Shown here: positions 24,855-37,400 of the stretch, piece by piece | How the letters are laid out: each line of letters begins with the position of its first letter | Numbering within the stretch: position 1 is the stretch's first letter | NCBI RefSeq assembly: GCF_902652985.1 | Contig: NC_047022.1 | Coordinates: forward strand, 40,176,001 to 40,240,000 | From: Pecten maximus | Lineage: Eukaryota | Direction: 5' to 3' | Length of the DNA: 64,000 bases | Translations under genes and position numbers: made by a program | The notes under the pieces: generated by a model | Told to the model about the DNA's origin: nothing | The model's database searches: none | Seen by the model: only the letters and a program-made list of their open reading frames with translations

Positions 24855-26021
24855 GTAAGTAACTAAAACATCGTTAAGTACACTTCAGTCCTGTTTACAC
24901 TAAAGCTGTGTTAGGTGTTAGCCTGGCCTAACATTCGACGTTTCCATAGGAGAGATAGTGTGCATTTAAGTACGTCCTTATCATGACCAACTAGTACCTT
25001 GCCTACCTAAATTATGGGTAATGTAAAACGTTTTACTGATGATTTATAGCAAATACTAGAGTCAAAACTCAGGAATTTCTCTCCAAAATAGAGAATGTTA
25101 TACAGGTATGAGTACAGCCACCCTCGTTTATAGTTCAAAGTTCAGTCACCTTCACTAATAGCCTAAAGGTAATTTACCTGCCTTTTTGACCTAAAGTTCA
25201 GACATCTTTTGTCCTAAATACAAGTTCAGTCACTTTTCGTCCTAGATAAATGTTCAGTCACACACCTTTCTAAAAAAAGGTAGATTTTGAAAAAAAATGG
25301 ACGACTGACCTATAGACTTATTAAGATATCTACCAAATACTCGTGGGTTAGTATGACAAAATAGAAAAATGATGTTTGGGCTGACAAGATTTGAGTGCTT
25401 TATTACCATATATACAGATCTAGACTAGCACAAGATTATCTCAACCAACAAGTTTGATGGATGGATAATGCTGTTGCCGTAGTCTGGATTAAATTTTCTT
25501 CTTGTGATGAGTTAGCGAGGGGCTATAGGAGTCAGCTTGTACTTATATAACCAAACAACGTCCTTGCTCTACTGACTTCATTAAATATCCAATAATTGAA
25601 TTTTTCTGATAATTTCTAATTTACACATTTACTCTTAAACATATAAATGTGCTCATAACGATCATCTCTTGTACAAGTTAGGGTTTTATCACCTGAGGTA
25701 AAAAGCCCTGTGAGCTTATTGTAGGACAAACATAAATATCAGATAATCGATAATTCCGTTAAAGTTGGATATGGAGCGTGTGTGGGTATTTCTACCAATC
25801 GAAATAATTCACATCAGATATTAGATTTTGGTATATTAGGGGAATTGTTTTCATCTGCTATGACTTGTTTTATAGGCGAGGAGAAATGATGATCAAATCT
25901 TAAAGAAAACAAATCAAGCTTTATATTTCAAATTTAAACTGTGTTATACAGTCTTACTAGATGAAAAATCCTCAGTATTTTCTCCCGCACAATTCAAGCA
26001 TTAATATTATTTGGTATTCAG

Positions 26022-26194
26022 GTAACATTGTTTGACACAGAAGATAGAAATAAGTGTATCCAGCTGAAGGGCCACTATAATGATGTGTGTTCATGTGAAT
26101 TCTCCCCTGACGGGGCTCTCCTGGCTACAGCTTCCTACGACACCCGAGTGATCATTTGGGATCCCTACACTGGCGATGCCATCGCTGAACTGGG
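26022..26194 (+). CDS. WSB1: WSB exon 5 (VTLFDTEDR...LKGHYNDVCSCEFSPDGALLATASYDTRVIIWDPYTGDAIAELG)
   Basis: TTCAG acceptor at 26021, GG|GTGAGA donor at 26195; FSPDGALLATASYDTRV matches recalled WSB1. Not in the ORF track. Confidence 0.95.
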
Positions 26195-26515
26195 GTGAGA
26201 ACTCTACAGACATGGTCACAATGCTTTTCATTTGATTCAGTCTGACAGTATCAATGTATGTGTTGTTAAGATTTGGAACAGAGGTTTTAACATCTTAACT
26301 CTTCCATTTGAATTCTACCAATCTTTTTCTTACTAAAATTTTGATGGCTAAATGTGGATAGTGCTAATTAAGATCAAGAGGATAAAGAGTTACCATATCA
26401 CGGATTAAGATTTACTTTGATACTTTAAATGTCACATTGTTCTTGCTGCAATTAATATCACTGTTTGCACACTGCACAGCAAGCATTAATAAGTTTTAAC
26501 ATGCTTCTGTTACAG

Positions 26516-26629
26516 ACATATGTTCCCAGAACCTCGTCCAATATTTGCTGGTGGCGCCAACGACCATTACGTGAGGGATTTGACGTTCTGTAACAATGGC
26601 TTACAACTGGCTACAGTCTGTGATGATGG
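26516..26629 (+). CDS. WSB1: WSB exon 6 (HMFPEPRPIFAGGANDHYVRDLTFCNNGLQLATVCDDG)
   Basis: TTACAG acceptor at 26515, GG|GTAAGT donor at 26630; HxFPxPxPIFAGGAND is WSB-typical. Confidence 0.95.
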
Positions 26630-27360
26630 GTAAGTTACTCCAATGACTTAGATATGATGTATAAATCATTTACAGTCTGTGATGATGGGTAAGTTACGCC
26701 AATGACTTATATATGATGTATAAATAATTTACAGTCTGTGATGATGGGTAAGTTACGCCAATGACTTAGATACGATGTATAAATCATTTACAGTCTGTGA
26801 TGATGGGTAAGTTACTCCAATAACTTAGATACGATGTATAAATCATTTACAGTCTGTGATGATGGGTAAGTTACTCCAATAACTTAGATATGATGTATAA
26901 ATCATTTACAGTCTGTGATGATGGGTAAGTTACGCCAATGACTTAGATACGATGTATAAATCATTTACAGTCTGTGATGATGGGTAAGTTACGCCAATGA
27001 CTTAGATACGATGTATAAATCATTTACAGTCTGTGATGATGGGTAAGTTACGCCAATAACTTAGATACGATGTATAAATCATTTACAGTCTGTGATGATG
27101 GGTAAGTTACGCCAATAACTTAGATACAATGTATAAATCATTTACAGTCTGTGATGATGGGTAAGTTACTCCAATAACTTAGATATGATGTATAAATCAT
27201 TTACAGTCTGTGATGAGTAAGTTACTCCAATAACTTAGATACGATGTATAAATCATTTACAGTCTGTGATGATGGGTAAGTTACGCCAATGACTTAGATA
27301 CGATGTATAAATCATTTACAGTCTGTGATGATGGGTAAGTTACACCAATAACTAGCTTAG
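26612..27360 (+). repeat. 59-bp minisatellite, 13 copies, seeded from the exon 6/intron 6 junction
   Basis: Unit TACAGTCTGTGATGATGG|GTAAGTTACNCCAATNACTTAGATAYGATGTATAAATCATT at 26612, 26671, ... 27317; the first copy overlaps coding sequence. Confidence 0.97.
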
Positions 27361-27581
27361 ATAAGATTGTTTCTAAAAAAGTAAATCATGTCTGCACCAG
27401 TACTTAATTATATTCCTTTTTTTAAACAACAAAAAACAAAAGTTGAACTTCATTACAGTTTTGTAAAAATTGTCACTGATTAATGCTATGTATCGAAATT
27501 GACAGAGCAGCTAATGCTGGACTATTTGTATTATTGGGGACCATTTAATGTTATTAACTGAGCAATTTACTTAATTTTTAG

Positions 27582-27692
27582 CTACATGCGAGTTTGGGAC
27601 CTACAGGACGCGAGTAACCCGAAGTCTGTTGCTAACCATAGCAATGCCCTGTGTTGTTCAATGTCCCCGAATGGACACACCATTGCTGTAGG
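27582..27692 (+). CDS. WSB1: WSB exon 7 (YMRVWDLQDASNPKSVANHSNALCCSMSPNGHTIAVG)
   Basis: TTTTAG acceptor at 27581, GG|GTAGGT donor at 27693; final WD40 repeat; phase 2/2. Confidence 0.92.
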
Positions 27693-30264
27693 GTAGGTAC
27701 TCCTTCACTGACATTACCATCATTATATAAACGAGAATGTGGTGAGAGTTTGTGTATTGATTGTATATTGGCAAGGTGTTGAAATTATTTCTGTACTGAT
27801 ATGTAACACAATTGAACAGCCTGCATTTATTACCAGTCTTAAGTCCAGTGTAGTCTTCAAACTCCTGTTTTTCAATAATAAAGGTTTTATTATGTCAGTA
27901 ATTCTGTATCATAGAGCAGTAAGCTATTTATCATCCTACTTAATGTGTATTAACACCAGCTAGGATTCCTCCTCTTTGTTAACAAATATCATTAAAATGG
28001 ATGATTTTGAAAACACCAAAGCATCAATGAAAGTGTCTTCCATGCATGATGAAAATTCCAAAGCATCTTTAAATCTGTTTTTGCATGGTGAGAATTCCAA
28101 AGCCTGCTAGAATGTGTCTTCCTTGGTAAAAGTAAATTGCTGCCATTGGGTTGTTTGAAGTGAAATGGATTTCAAAAAATTTAATTGAAAAATCATCATA
28201 AACCCCACAAACAACTTGGAGGACACTTTTGGTTTCGGGCAGTTGCCTTAAAAAGGTGGAGAGACCAGATAATGATGGTTGTGTGATAATTACGATAAAC
28301 CCAGAAATGTTATAGGAAATTCAGTATCTTTTAATCTGTTCTGTATCTCCGCTTTTTTTCAAAGCAAGTCCCTATGCTTGTGTTTACAATATAATCCTTG
28401 CATACAACTCTGGAGAGAAGTTCTGAATCTATTTTGGCTCCTATGTATTTATCTGTTGATAATAACTGTTTCACCAAAACCATAAGGCTTATGATCATAA
28501 TATGTCACATTAATGTGGTCTACAACTTGCCAAGATGAAGAGCTGTCATACTTATCCAAATACATTACCCTAATCTTTTGTGCAAAATTGCAAACACAAA
28601 TGTATGGACCCTGACTGGTCAAAATGGATCACTTTTCCTAATCAGACCCTCTCTAAACCGACCAAACATTGATGTACTGTGCATGATCGGTTTAGAGAAG
28701 TTCCACTGTATGCTCAAAACTTGGAATTACTTTTCCTGATAAAGCTGTAAATCCAAGAGTCGTATTTTTAGGGGTGGACAGTTATATTTTACTACCTTAC
28801 ACAGTATGTTTATAATCTGGTAATGATGGGCCATGGCCCTCTTAACATCTTTATATTCCAATCAAAGCTAGTCAAATATTATGTACTGGATAAATTTACA
28901 GCATTTTTAATCCATGTAAATAAATTATTTTTTTCTCTCATCAAAATGTGAAAAAATATCTACAGTGTAAAATATACATAAATAGTATTTAAAAAATAGA
29001 GAGTTTGTGAAAAAAAAATTGCCAGCTTAATTTGCAATTATTTTGTTTTTATACTGGCAGAATGATGATCACAACCTTGAAGATATCTTTAATTTTTCTT
29101 TGATTTTTAATTGCCTTCAGCAAAAAATAAGTCTGCACTGATAGATGAAGCTGTAAAGTCCTCACTTTCATAAAGAGTCCCAATAGGTTATCTCAGAGAA
29201 AATGACCAGGAAAATCATTGTTTTTATTCAAAAGCATTACTTTTGTTGTAAAGTTTATACAAATTTCATTCAATCTTATGCTGATTGTGTGTGAGAAGAT
29301 TGTTTGTTTAGGTCCATGCTGACCATAAATTTCATGCACTTTTGATATCCGTTTCAATCGAAATGGTCTGGAATCCTTGAAATAATTTGATCAATTCTTG
29401 AACTGATATTTTGGTTACAGCTTGTAGGCAACACCTGTGACATTTGTTGGAAATTCTTTGCTTTCCTCATTTCCTTATCTTACCCATGCTTGACCTATAG
29501 GTCAAGCTTACTAGTTTGGTGCATATTTTGTTCTGCAGAAGTGATCTTAATGGAAAATAGACTGTACGCCATGTACAGAGGACGTGTCTTTGCAGTTCAC
29601 AATCCACTCTCGAGCTGCGCGGAAAGCCAAAACTTTCCAGCACAGCCTCATGAATATGCAAAGTGAACAGTCATGTGACTAGTTAATTGTGGGAGGTTTG
29701 TACCGTGGATATTCTTATATATGTAACTATATCATGAATGTATTGTAGTGTACATGTGTGATTCATCATCAAATAAGAATACACTTTATTTTGAAACATT
29801 TGCTATGATATTTCAAGCTGTAATATAATTATAGCCTTTAGGTTGATAAAAAGGAAACAGCTGTTGCCATATTTTGTTGTGAACTTTTGTGTATCAACAT
29901 ACACATATGATTTAATGTTATTGATAAGACCAAAAAGTAAACAAATAACATATCTTTAAAAAAGTACTAGCATGAATCGTTTTATAAGCAGAACTGAAAA
30001 TGCCTGCATACTCAAGTCCAGAAATTAATTGTTTACATCATATAATTCATTATGTATATTAGTTTGTTTAACACAGTATGTTTCTATGTAATTTAAAGCA
30101 ATGTGGTTCATTCAATTTATTAACAAATCCCCATCACATGAATAGTTTTCCTACCCTAGACCATGATAATTTAACATAATTAAACAACAATAACTGAGAT
30201 ATATATCCCTACTGGTAACTTCTCCCCAGCAACAGTACTTTGAACACTTATTTTTTTATTACAG

Positions 30265-30427
30265 TGACAGGGATGGAGGCATAGCGTTCTACAGAACTCC
30301 CAATAAAGTTGCCAGTTTGCAGCATCAAACACGCCGGACCATCCGCAGAATTGTTCCAACAACCATCATCGACCACCTCCACATGCCACTTCGCCTCAAG
30401 GAGTATCTAAAGTACCACAACATCTAG
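30265..30427 (+). CDS. WSB1: WSB exon 8, SOCS box (DRDGGIAFYRTPNKVASLQHQTRRTIRRIVPTTIIDHLHMPLRLKEYLKYHNI*)
   Basis: TTACAG acceptor at 30264, TAG at 30425-30427. The eight exons sum to 1347 nt = 448 aa + stop in one frame. Confidence 0.93.
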
Positions 30428-30849
30428 TGTGTCACAACTTACTGACTCTCAAAGATCTACAGAAGCCACACAAAAAACTTCTATCCTGGCACTCACTGAA
30501 TTCATCAGCGAAACCACTGTTTCCTATTTTATTTTTCCAGGACTTATCCACAATGATCATGCATAAAGTTGTTTTTTTCCACAAATATGCATAATTTATT
30601 TTCTTAAAGGATCTGACTCACTGTAACATTTTCATATTTAAATCAAGATGTTTCCTAAACGTTGTTAGTTTAGATTTAAATATTGCCATGCTTTTACATT
30701 GATTGTAGTTTCGCTATGTTGGAAATTACTTGGCAAAATAGGCTTCAATAGCACTAAGCTTGCTACAAAAAATTTAATCAAAAGTCCTTTATGAAAATGA
30801 ATAGCATTATTATATACAAAATAGAGTCAACTCAATTTTATCAATTTTT

Positions 30850-30900
30850 GTGCATCCCCATGAGATCGAACCTGGGACCTCTGGCTGGGCACTATATTGC
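30850..30900 (-). mobile_element. tRNA-derived SINE head fragment in the WSB 3' region
   Basis: Minus strand GAGGTCCCAGGTTCGATCTCATGGGG resembles a T-arm/B-box. Confidence 0.35.
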
Positions 30901-33785
30901 TGCAATATTGCTACATAGCAGAGAAGAACTTGTCCTTGAGTTTCCAATGGTTAGTGATACATGTGAAATTAATACTATTAAAGCATACCGGTAATTTACA
31001 GAGTGCTTACATGGGGGCCAATGTAACAGTGGTTAAGATCAATTGTATTTATTTCAGTGCCTCCGCTTATGATTCTTACACTCAAATGATCAAGATTTTT
31101 CGGAAGTTGACTGTATAAAAAATGGTCATGTGGTATATACATATGAATTGATGTACTTTCGGCGCCAAATTTATGTAGCTTACATTTGAATTATATAAAT
31201 ATGTTTGCCTATCGATAAATGCATTTTGATCCGTCTAGTATATGTGATGAGCTTTAATTTCTACCACAACATATTTACCTCAGGGATGTTCTGTTTAATT
31301 ATATATCCTACAGGAGGATAAACAGAAATGAAGATTTTCTATGAATGTTGATTGCTAGAGAAAATGCAGGTTAATATATGGTACTGTTTAAATAATCACT
31401 TCTGTTGACAAACCTCCCATCGCACAGATGTTTTATTGGAGTAGCCCTCGTTGTGTTAGGCATTTGAATGTCATGTGATGAAGTTATGATTGATAACTCA
31501 ATGGTAAGACCGGACCATGTTATACCATGGTGTGACATCTGCTGTCTGTCTAGTTTAATTCCTTTGAAGTATATGTATTTTGAAATAGTAATCAGGTGAG
31601 TTATACCTGCTCTTGTGCCTTTGTCATGCTATTCTAATCAACATTTCCATAAAGGGAATTGTTTTTGGTTTTAATATCTGGAGCTTATGAAAGTTGTCAT
31701 CTGTTTGGAATTCATGTCCTTTATTTGCCCTTCTTAATTGAGCATGAATTTCTGTGTTTGACTAAATGTATTTTGTACCTACCGAGAACTGAGTTTGAAA
31801 TTCTTTGCTGCGTTTTTGTTGTCTGTGAGGATTGTTTCATAATGAGCTAGAATGGCAGTGATAAAACAAAAAACTTATATCATTGACAATTAATTGATTT
31901 GTCTGCATTTACCGTGATACATTCTACCTTGAATTTCTTTATGAATAATGATATCATCAGCATTCCTGATTTAAGGTCCGACAATCTTTCCAATTTATAT
32001 TATTGTTTTAGTCCATTACATTGTTTGCACAGGTCAAAATACAATTTATTGTGATGTTGGTTAGTTTACATTTTGATGGGATCATGATGATTTATAACAG
32101 CTGTCACCGATCACACAGTACAATCAGTAATACAAATCAGTATTCAGATGTTTACTGTAGAATCTGCTTGTTTACCTGCTTGAATACTTAGAATACTTTT
32201 CATGAATTAATTGCTGTATTTATACGTCTTTAAAGTTACCCAAACCAAAACACTTTCATCATTTTGAGATGTGCCGTAAATACTCTTTCTATTGAATGTT
32301 GTTGGCTTTGTTATCATGGTTGTTGATAATATAAACCTGATGGTTTATTTAAGGTTTTCGTTTTTACCTAGATGTACATTGTGAATATATATTTTGTAAA
32401 TTACACCATATGATTTATCTGTTATGTTTGATTTTAGTTTATCAGTCACCCTGACTGTCATTGGTTTTGTTTAAAAGAGTTGATGAATTGTGGTTTGCCT
32501 GGCCTCAACATTTTACAGGTAAATTATGTACTGTTTATTACATGAATATGTTACAGATGATTGATTACAACTGGTATATATAGTTGATCTGCTGGACATA
32601 TGTCATAGTACAGCAGCTGTCCATTGTCACACAGTTATAATAGTGCTAGAAGATTCAGGGGAATGAAATCCCAACAAAGTTTGTGAAAGCGTGACCTTTG
32701 AAGGTCAAGGGTCAATTTTGTTAAAACTTGCAAAAGACTTCTGATGATTTATTGGAAGGCTGACTTTGCTTGTAACTTTTGTCAAATTCTGAAGTGACTA
32801 ATGATGAACCAAATGACCTTGAGGTACAATATTTATACATGTAGCCTGTATCTTCTGTACAGCTGGCTTACACTGTAGTTAATCAAGGATATTTGTTTGC
32901 TTTAGGATGACCTTGCTGTCTATCCTATGTCACAGTGTTCTAAATTGTTCCAGTTAGCTTTTTCAGATGAATATCTTTTTATTGATATTTTGAAAATCTC
33001 GAATAAAAAAAGCTGAAGTCTACAGACAAGGATCAATTAGCTGTAGCAAAAACAGTTGGTCTGGAGTGCTGTTAGCTTTTGTAGTTTGACCAAAAAGTTA
33101 CGCATTGGCCACCAGCTGAGCAATACATGCCCATTTGACCTCATGCTATTTAAATAATTTAAATCTTTAGTGCTAAATTTAGAATTTTACAAACAGTGCT
33201 GAATGCAGTTGTAGTGCTGAATCCTATCATAGCCATAGTGCTTTAATCTGTGACCACATTTACAGATGATATAGTCCAAAGTAACCCTACAATAATAAGG
33301 TTGGATTGTCATGTTATATAGATGGGGTCTGGCTGGACAGTTTCTAATACAACAGGATTCGTGTTTGTCCTGTAACTCAGATGCTTGCGTTACTGAAGGA
33401 CAGAAGGTGGTGGTTACTGGTAACGGTGACAGAATTTCACTGTAAAATCTCTAGTGCTTAACTCATTATTTTACATGTCCACTGTACATATTATAATAGC
33501 CATGTTTACAGTATGTTTGTAGGATTTTTACAAGTTATTTCTCCACTATTTAGTCACTGTACCTTTGGTATATCTCAAATGCTAGCTTGGAACTACAGAA
33601 ACACTTCATTGTGGTTACCTTATAATTTATATTATAATACATTCTAGTGTTCTTATCATGAGAGTACCCGAGAAGCTTACTCAAACTTTGGCAGTTCAGC
33701 TATTCTATGTATTCATCCTCTAAGCTTGAGAACCAATAGTAATACTTAAGACTCAAAATGTGTGGACGAGTTTATCACATAGCAT

Positions 33786-33970
33786 TGTGTATAGATAGGT
33801 ATGAACTACCTACCAGATACACATGTTATATACACTCTAGGTAGGCTGTGTATAGACAGGTATGAACTACCTACCAGATAAACATGTTATATACACTCTA
33901 GGTAGGCTGTGTATAGATAGGTATGAACTACCTACCAGATAAACATATTATATACACTCTAGGTAGGCTG
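33786..33970. repeat. 61-bp tandem repeat, 3 copies
   Basis: TGTGTATAGATAGGTATGAACTACCTACCAGATAAACATGTTATATACACTCTAGGTAGGC at 33786, 33847 and 33908. Confidence 0.93.
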
Positions 33971-34309
33971 AGTCATTAAAAACATCCCTGGCTCATAGCC
34001 AAACACCATCTGCCAAGTTTGTTAACAGCATTGAAGTTAACTCATGGATGATTCTGTTACATCTGAAAAAAAAATGATTCAAATTTGTTTATGCCTGTGA
34101 ATATTTTGTTATGGTTTTTATTCCAAAACAAGATACCATTTTGGAAGTGTTAGTGGGTATTATTTACTGTTCAAAATTAATTAATTCATTAATCAATTTA
34201 GGTTATCATTTGCTGCTTAATAGTATCAGCATTACCAACAGGTACAGCTTGTATATAATTAAGTTGTTACACAATGCCAGCATCACTCTATATTGAAATT
34301 ACTATGATA

Positions 34310-34315
34310 AATAAA
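34310..34315 (+). promoter_or_regulatory. Candidate distal poly(A) signal of WSB (another AATAAA at 33002)
   Basis: AATAAA followed by T/GT-rich downstream sequence at about 34335-34395. Confidence 0.4.
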
Positions 34316-34749
34316 ACAATTGAAACTGCAGTGAACTTGTTCTATGTATTATCATTAATGTTAAACAATATTTGTATTTGTATTTTTGTCTTTATACTAC
34401 ATTTATACTATATACTGGAGCCAACATATCAACATGTGGGTACAAAGTAGGGATTGACTTTATGTGGGGCATTAAAATAGTTGACATTTCCAATGAACTA
34501 CGATAGATATGTCTGGGGTTATTACCAGATAAATGCTGTTATGATACAAAAGTATCTAGTTACACATCACCTCACACTATCAACTTATTTCCTGGTAATT
34601 GATATAATTATGTGACAAGGCAATGCCGAAATTGTTGAAAATGGAATTAGTACCATTATGATAAATATTTTCTGTTAATATTTGTACTAAGTAATTGAAG
34701 CATTGATCTTGATACCCTTAAATACTAACTTGCTCAGGTTTAACGTATG

Positions 34750-36040
34750 TTCACAGTCCAACTAATACCAAGGGAAACATATATGAAATTTGAGAAAGAT
34801 CCATTTAGTACTTTCTGAGAAAAAGCAATAACAAACTTCAAACTATCAAAACCAAAGATGGCTGCCTGTCGGCCATGTTGTTTTCAGATCAGTCCCAAAA
34901 TGCAGTATGTACAACTAAGTACTTAGGGGAACTTACACATGAAATATGAGAAAGATCTTTTAAGGACTTTCTGAAAAATAGTGATAATAAACTTCAATTG
35001 TCAAAATCCTAAGATGGCTGTCTGTCGGCCATGTTTTTGATCAGTCCCAAATTGAAATATGCACAGCTAGGGACCAAGGGGAACTAACATGAAATATGAG
35101 AAAGATCCCATTTGTACTTTCTGAGAAATAGCGATAATAATATTTAATTATCAAAATCCAAGATGGCTGCCTGTCAGCCATGTTGTTTTCCAATCGGTCC
35201 CAAAATGCAGTACTTGCATATGAAATTTACGAAGGATCCCTTCAGTTCTTTTTGAGAAATAGCGATTAACAAACTTCAATTATCAAAATCCAAGATAGCC
35301 GCCAGTCGGCCATGTTGTTTTCCGATCGGTCCCAAAATGCAATATGCATAACTAGGGACCTAGGTCAAGTTACATATGAAATTAAAGATCATCCCTTTAG
35401 TACTTTCTGAGAAATATCGATAGCGAACTTCAATTGTCAAAATACAAGATGTCTGTCTGTTGTTTTCTGATCGGTCCCAAATTGAAATATGCACAACTAA
35501 TACCACGAGAAACTTACAGATGAAATTTGAGAAAGATCCCTTTAGTACTTTCTGAGAAAAGGCGATAAACTTCAACTATCAAAACCCAGGATGGCTGCCT
35601 GTTGGCCATGTTGTTTTCCAATCAGTCCCAAAATGCAGTATGCACAACTAAAGACGTCGGGGAACTTACATATGAAATTTGAGAAAGATCCCGTTTGTAC
35701 TTTCTGAGAAAAAGCGATTACAAACTTCATTTGTCAAAATCAAAGATGGCTGCCTGTGGGCCATGTTTTCCGATTAGTCCCAAAATTAAGTATTCACAAC
35801 TAGGGACTTACCGGGTATGGGAACTTACATATGAAATTTTAGAAAGATCCCTTCAGTACTTTCTGAAAAAAATGCGATAGCAAACTTCAATTGTCAAAAT
35901 CCAAGATGGCTGCCTATTAGCCATGTTGTTTTCCAGTCAGTCCGCAAAAGAAAAATACACAACTAGACTAATACCAAGGGGAACTTGCATATGAAATTTG
36001 AGAAAGATCCCTTTTATGATGATGGTGGGCTAAATAAAGC
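34750..36040. mobile_element. About 150-bp tandem array (8-9 copies), probably the interior of a Helentron/HINE-type element
   Basis: Recurrent CAAAATCCAAGATGGCTGCC and ATGAAATTTGAGAAAGATCC at 133-159 bp spacing; ends GGTGGGCTAAA, similar to recalled HINE termini. The array is certain; the family is inferred. Confidence 0.7.
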
Positions 36041-36301
36041 ACATGTTATTAGCTAACGCCCATGGCATGAACGGCCTTTCATAGACCAACAACAGTATTT
36101 AGATAACTTCAAAACGTTTTTTTTCTGGTCACTACGGTATCTACGGACCAAGCGACTGAAAGGTCAAGGTAGGCATAGACAAAATAAATCGGTCAATATG
36201 TCACGTGACATGACATACAAACTTTTCCTCTACACTGACACAACGCTTATAGTCCGTTTCAAAACTTGGCTGCAATAGTACTAGTGGTGAGCGTCCATCC
36301 T

Positions 36302-36390
36302 TAGCCCGGGTTTCCTCTGGCCCTGACACCATGTCTGGTGTAGGGCCCCTACACCAGACATGGTGTCAGGGCCAGAGGAAACTCGGGCTA
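36302..36390. mobile_element. MITE family B, young copy: 89-bp near-perfect palindrome with 9-bp TSD GTCCATCCT
   Basis: 43-bp arms with one G-T mismatch; GTCCATCCT at 36293-36301 and 36391-36399. Confidence 0.92.
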
Positions 36391-36989
36391 GTCCATCCTA
36401 TGATACTGTTTCGTAGTTGTAGTAAAATAAAATAAAATTTACATTACAGTAAATTGCAGATATGCTGTCGTTGATCACAAGCCAAGAACCTGCATAGCCA
36501 TATATCATTCTCCTGAATATGGATTAAAATGACTGACTGTCAGTTCAAAGTCTTTATTTACCAAAAGTCCTAAGGCATATAGATATATAAAAGATATACA
36601 TTAAACATTATTGAATATATCCATGATAATTGCTCAATATATGATTGATGTATGATTGATATATGACTGACAGTATACTGGTGGGTTGGATAGCATCTTA
36701 CTAAATATTTGTGGCTGGAATAATAATGAAGCCCTAGTCGTATTTGTTTTTCCATTTACATGTGTCAAACGTTTAAAAGTTGTACAGAGATTTTGTTATT
36801 AAGGGCTATATAGTATATAATGAACAGCGGGTGTCACTTTACCAAATTTTAATCTAGCCCCCATAACGTCTGAAAATGTGCTATACACACTAGAGAAAAT
36901 CCTTTTACATATAGGCTGTAAAACTTCCTCAGGTCCCTTTGACATATATATATGTACATGTACAATCTATAGAAGATGGTAAGTAACTT

Positions 36990-37400
36990 CCGTTTACCGC
37001 GAAAAGAAAAAAAATATCGGTGTAGCAATTGACAGCAAACTATCAATCATGTACACATATCTAAAAAGAGTCAATACAGTGAATTGGTTAAAGGTGTCAC
37101 TAGGAGAACTATGAACCATAACACATTCAAAGCTCGGTTCAAACAGAGACGTGTATTCAGTCGTAAGACCTCAACATGATTATATCAACTAAGTCTGGAG
37201 CCAGCACCTGACAAAACATGTGGACGCTTTTGAAAACGTCCAGAGAAGAGCGACCAAGTTGATACCGGTTATAACATATGCCTGTCCTACCCAGAGAGAC
37301 ATGATTGAACTTTTTGAAAATAATGACACAGAAATGCGATCCCGAAGTGTCCAAGTTCATGTAACAAAAGAACAATTCTGTTACAAGGGGTCATGGATAT
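36990..37400 (+). pseudogene. Decayed CR1-type LINE, RT C-terminal fragment
   Basis: IGVAIDSKL..., RPQHDY..VWSQHLTKHVDAFENVQRRATKLIP, typical of the CR1 ORF2 tail; frameshifted. Confidence 0.75.

Noticed and set aside
25504-25575. Possible C/D box snoRNA (GTGATGA...CTGA) in WSB intron 4
   Set aside because: No terminal stem or recognisable rRNA antisense element; such motifs arise by chance.
26195-27581. WSB as a pseudogene because of the repeat overlapping exon 6
   Set aside because: All eight exons have canonical GT-AG sites and join into an uninterrupted 448-aa frame.
23197-30362. Minus-strand ORFs overlapping WSB exons (23197-23454, 24596-24847, 30180-30362)
   Set aside because: Antisense shadows of real + strand exons.
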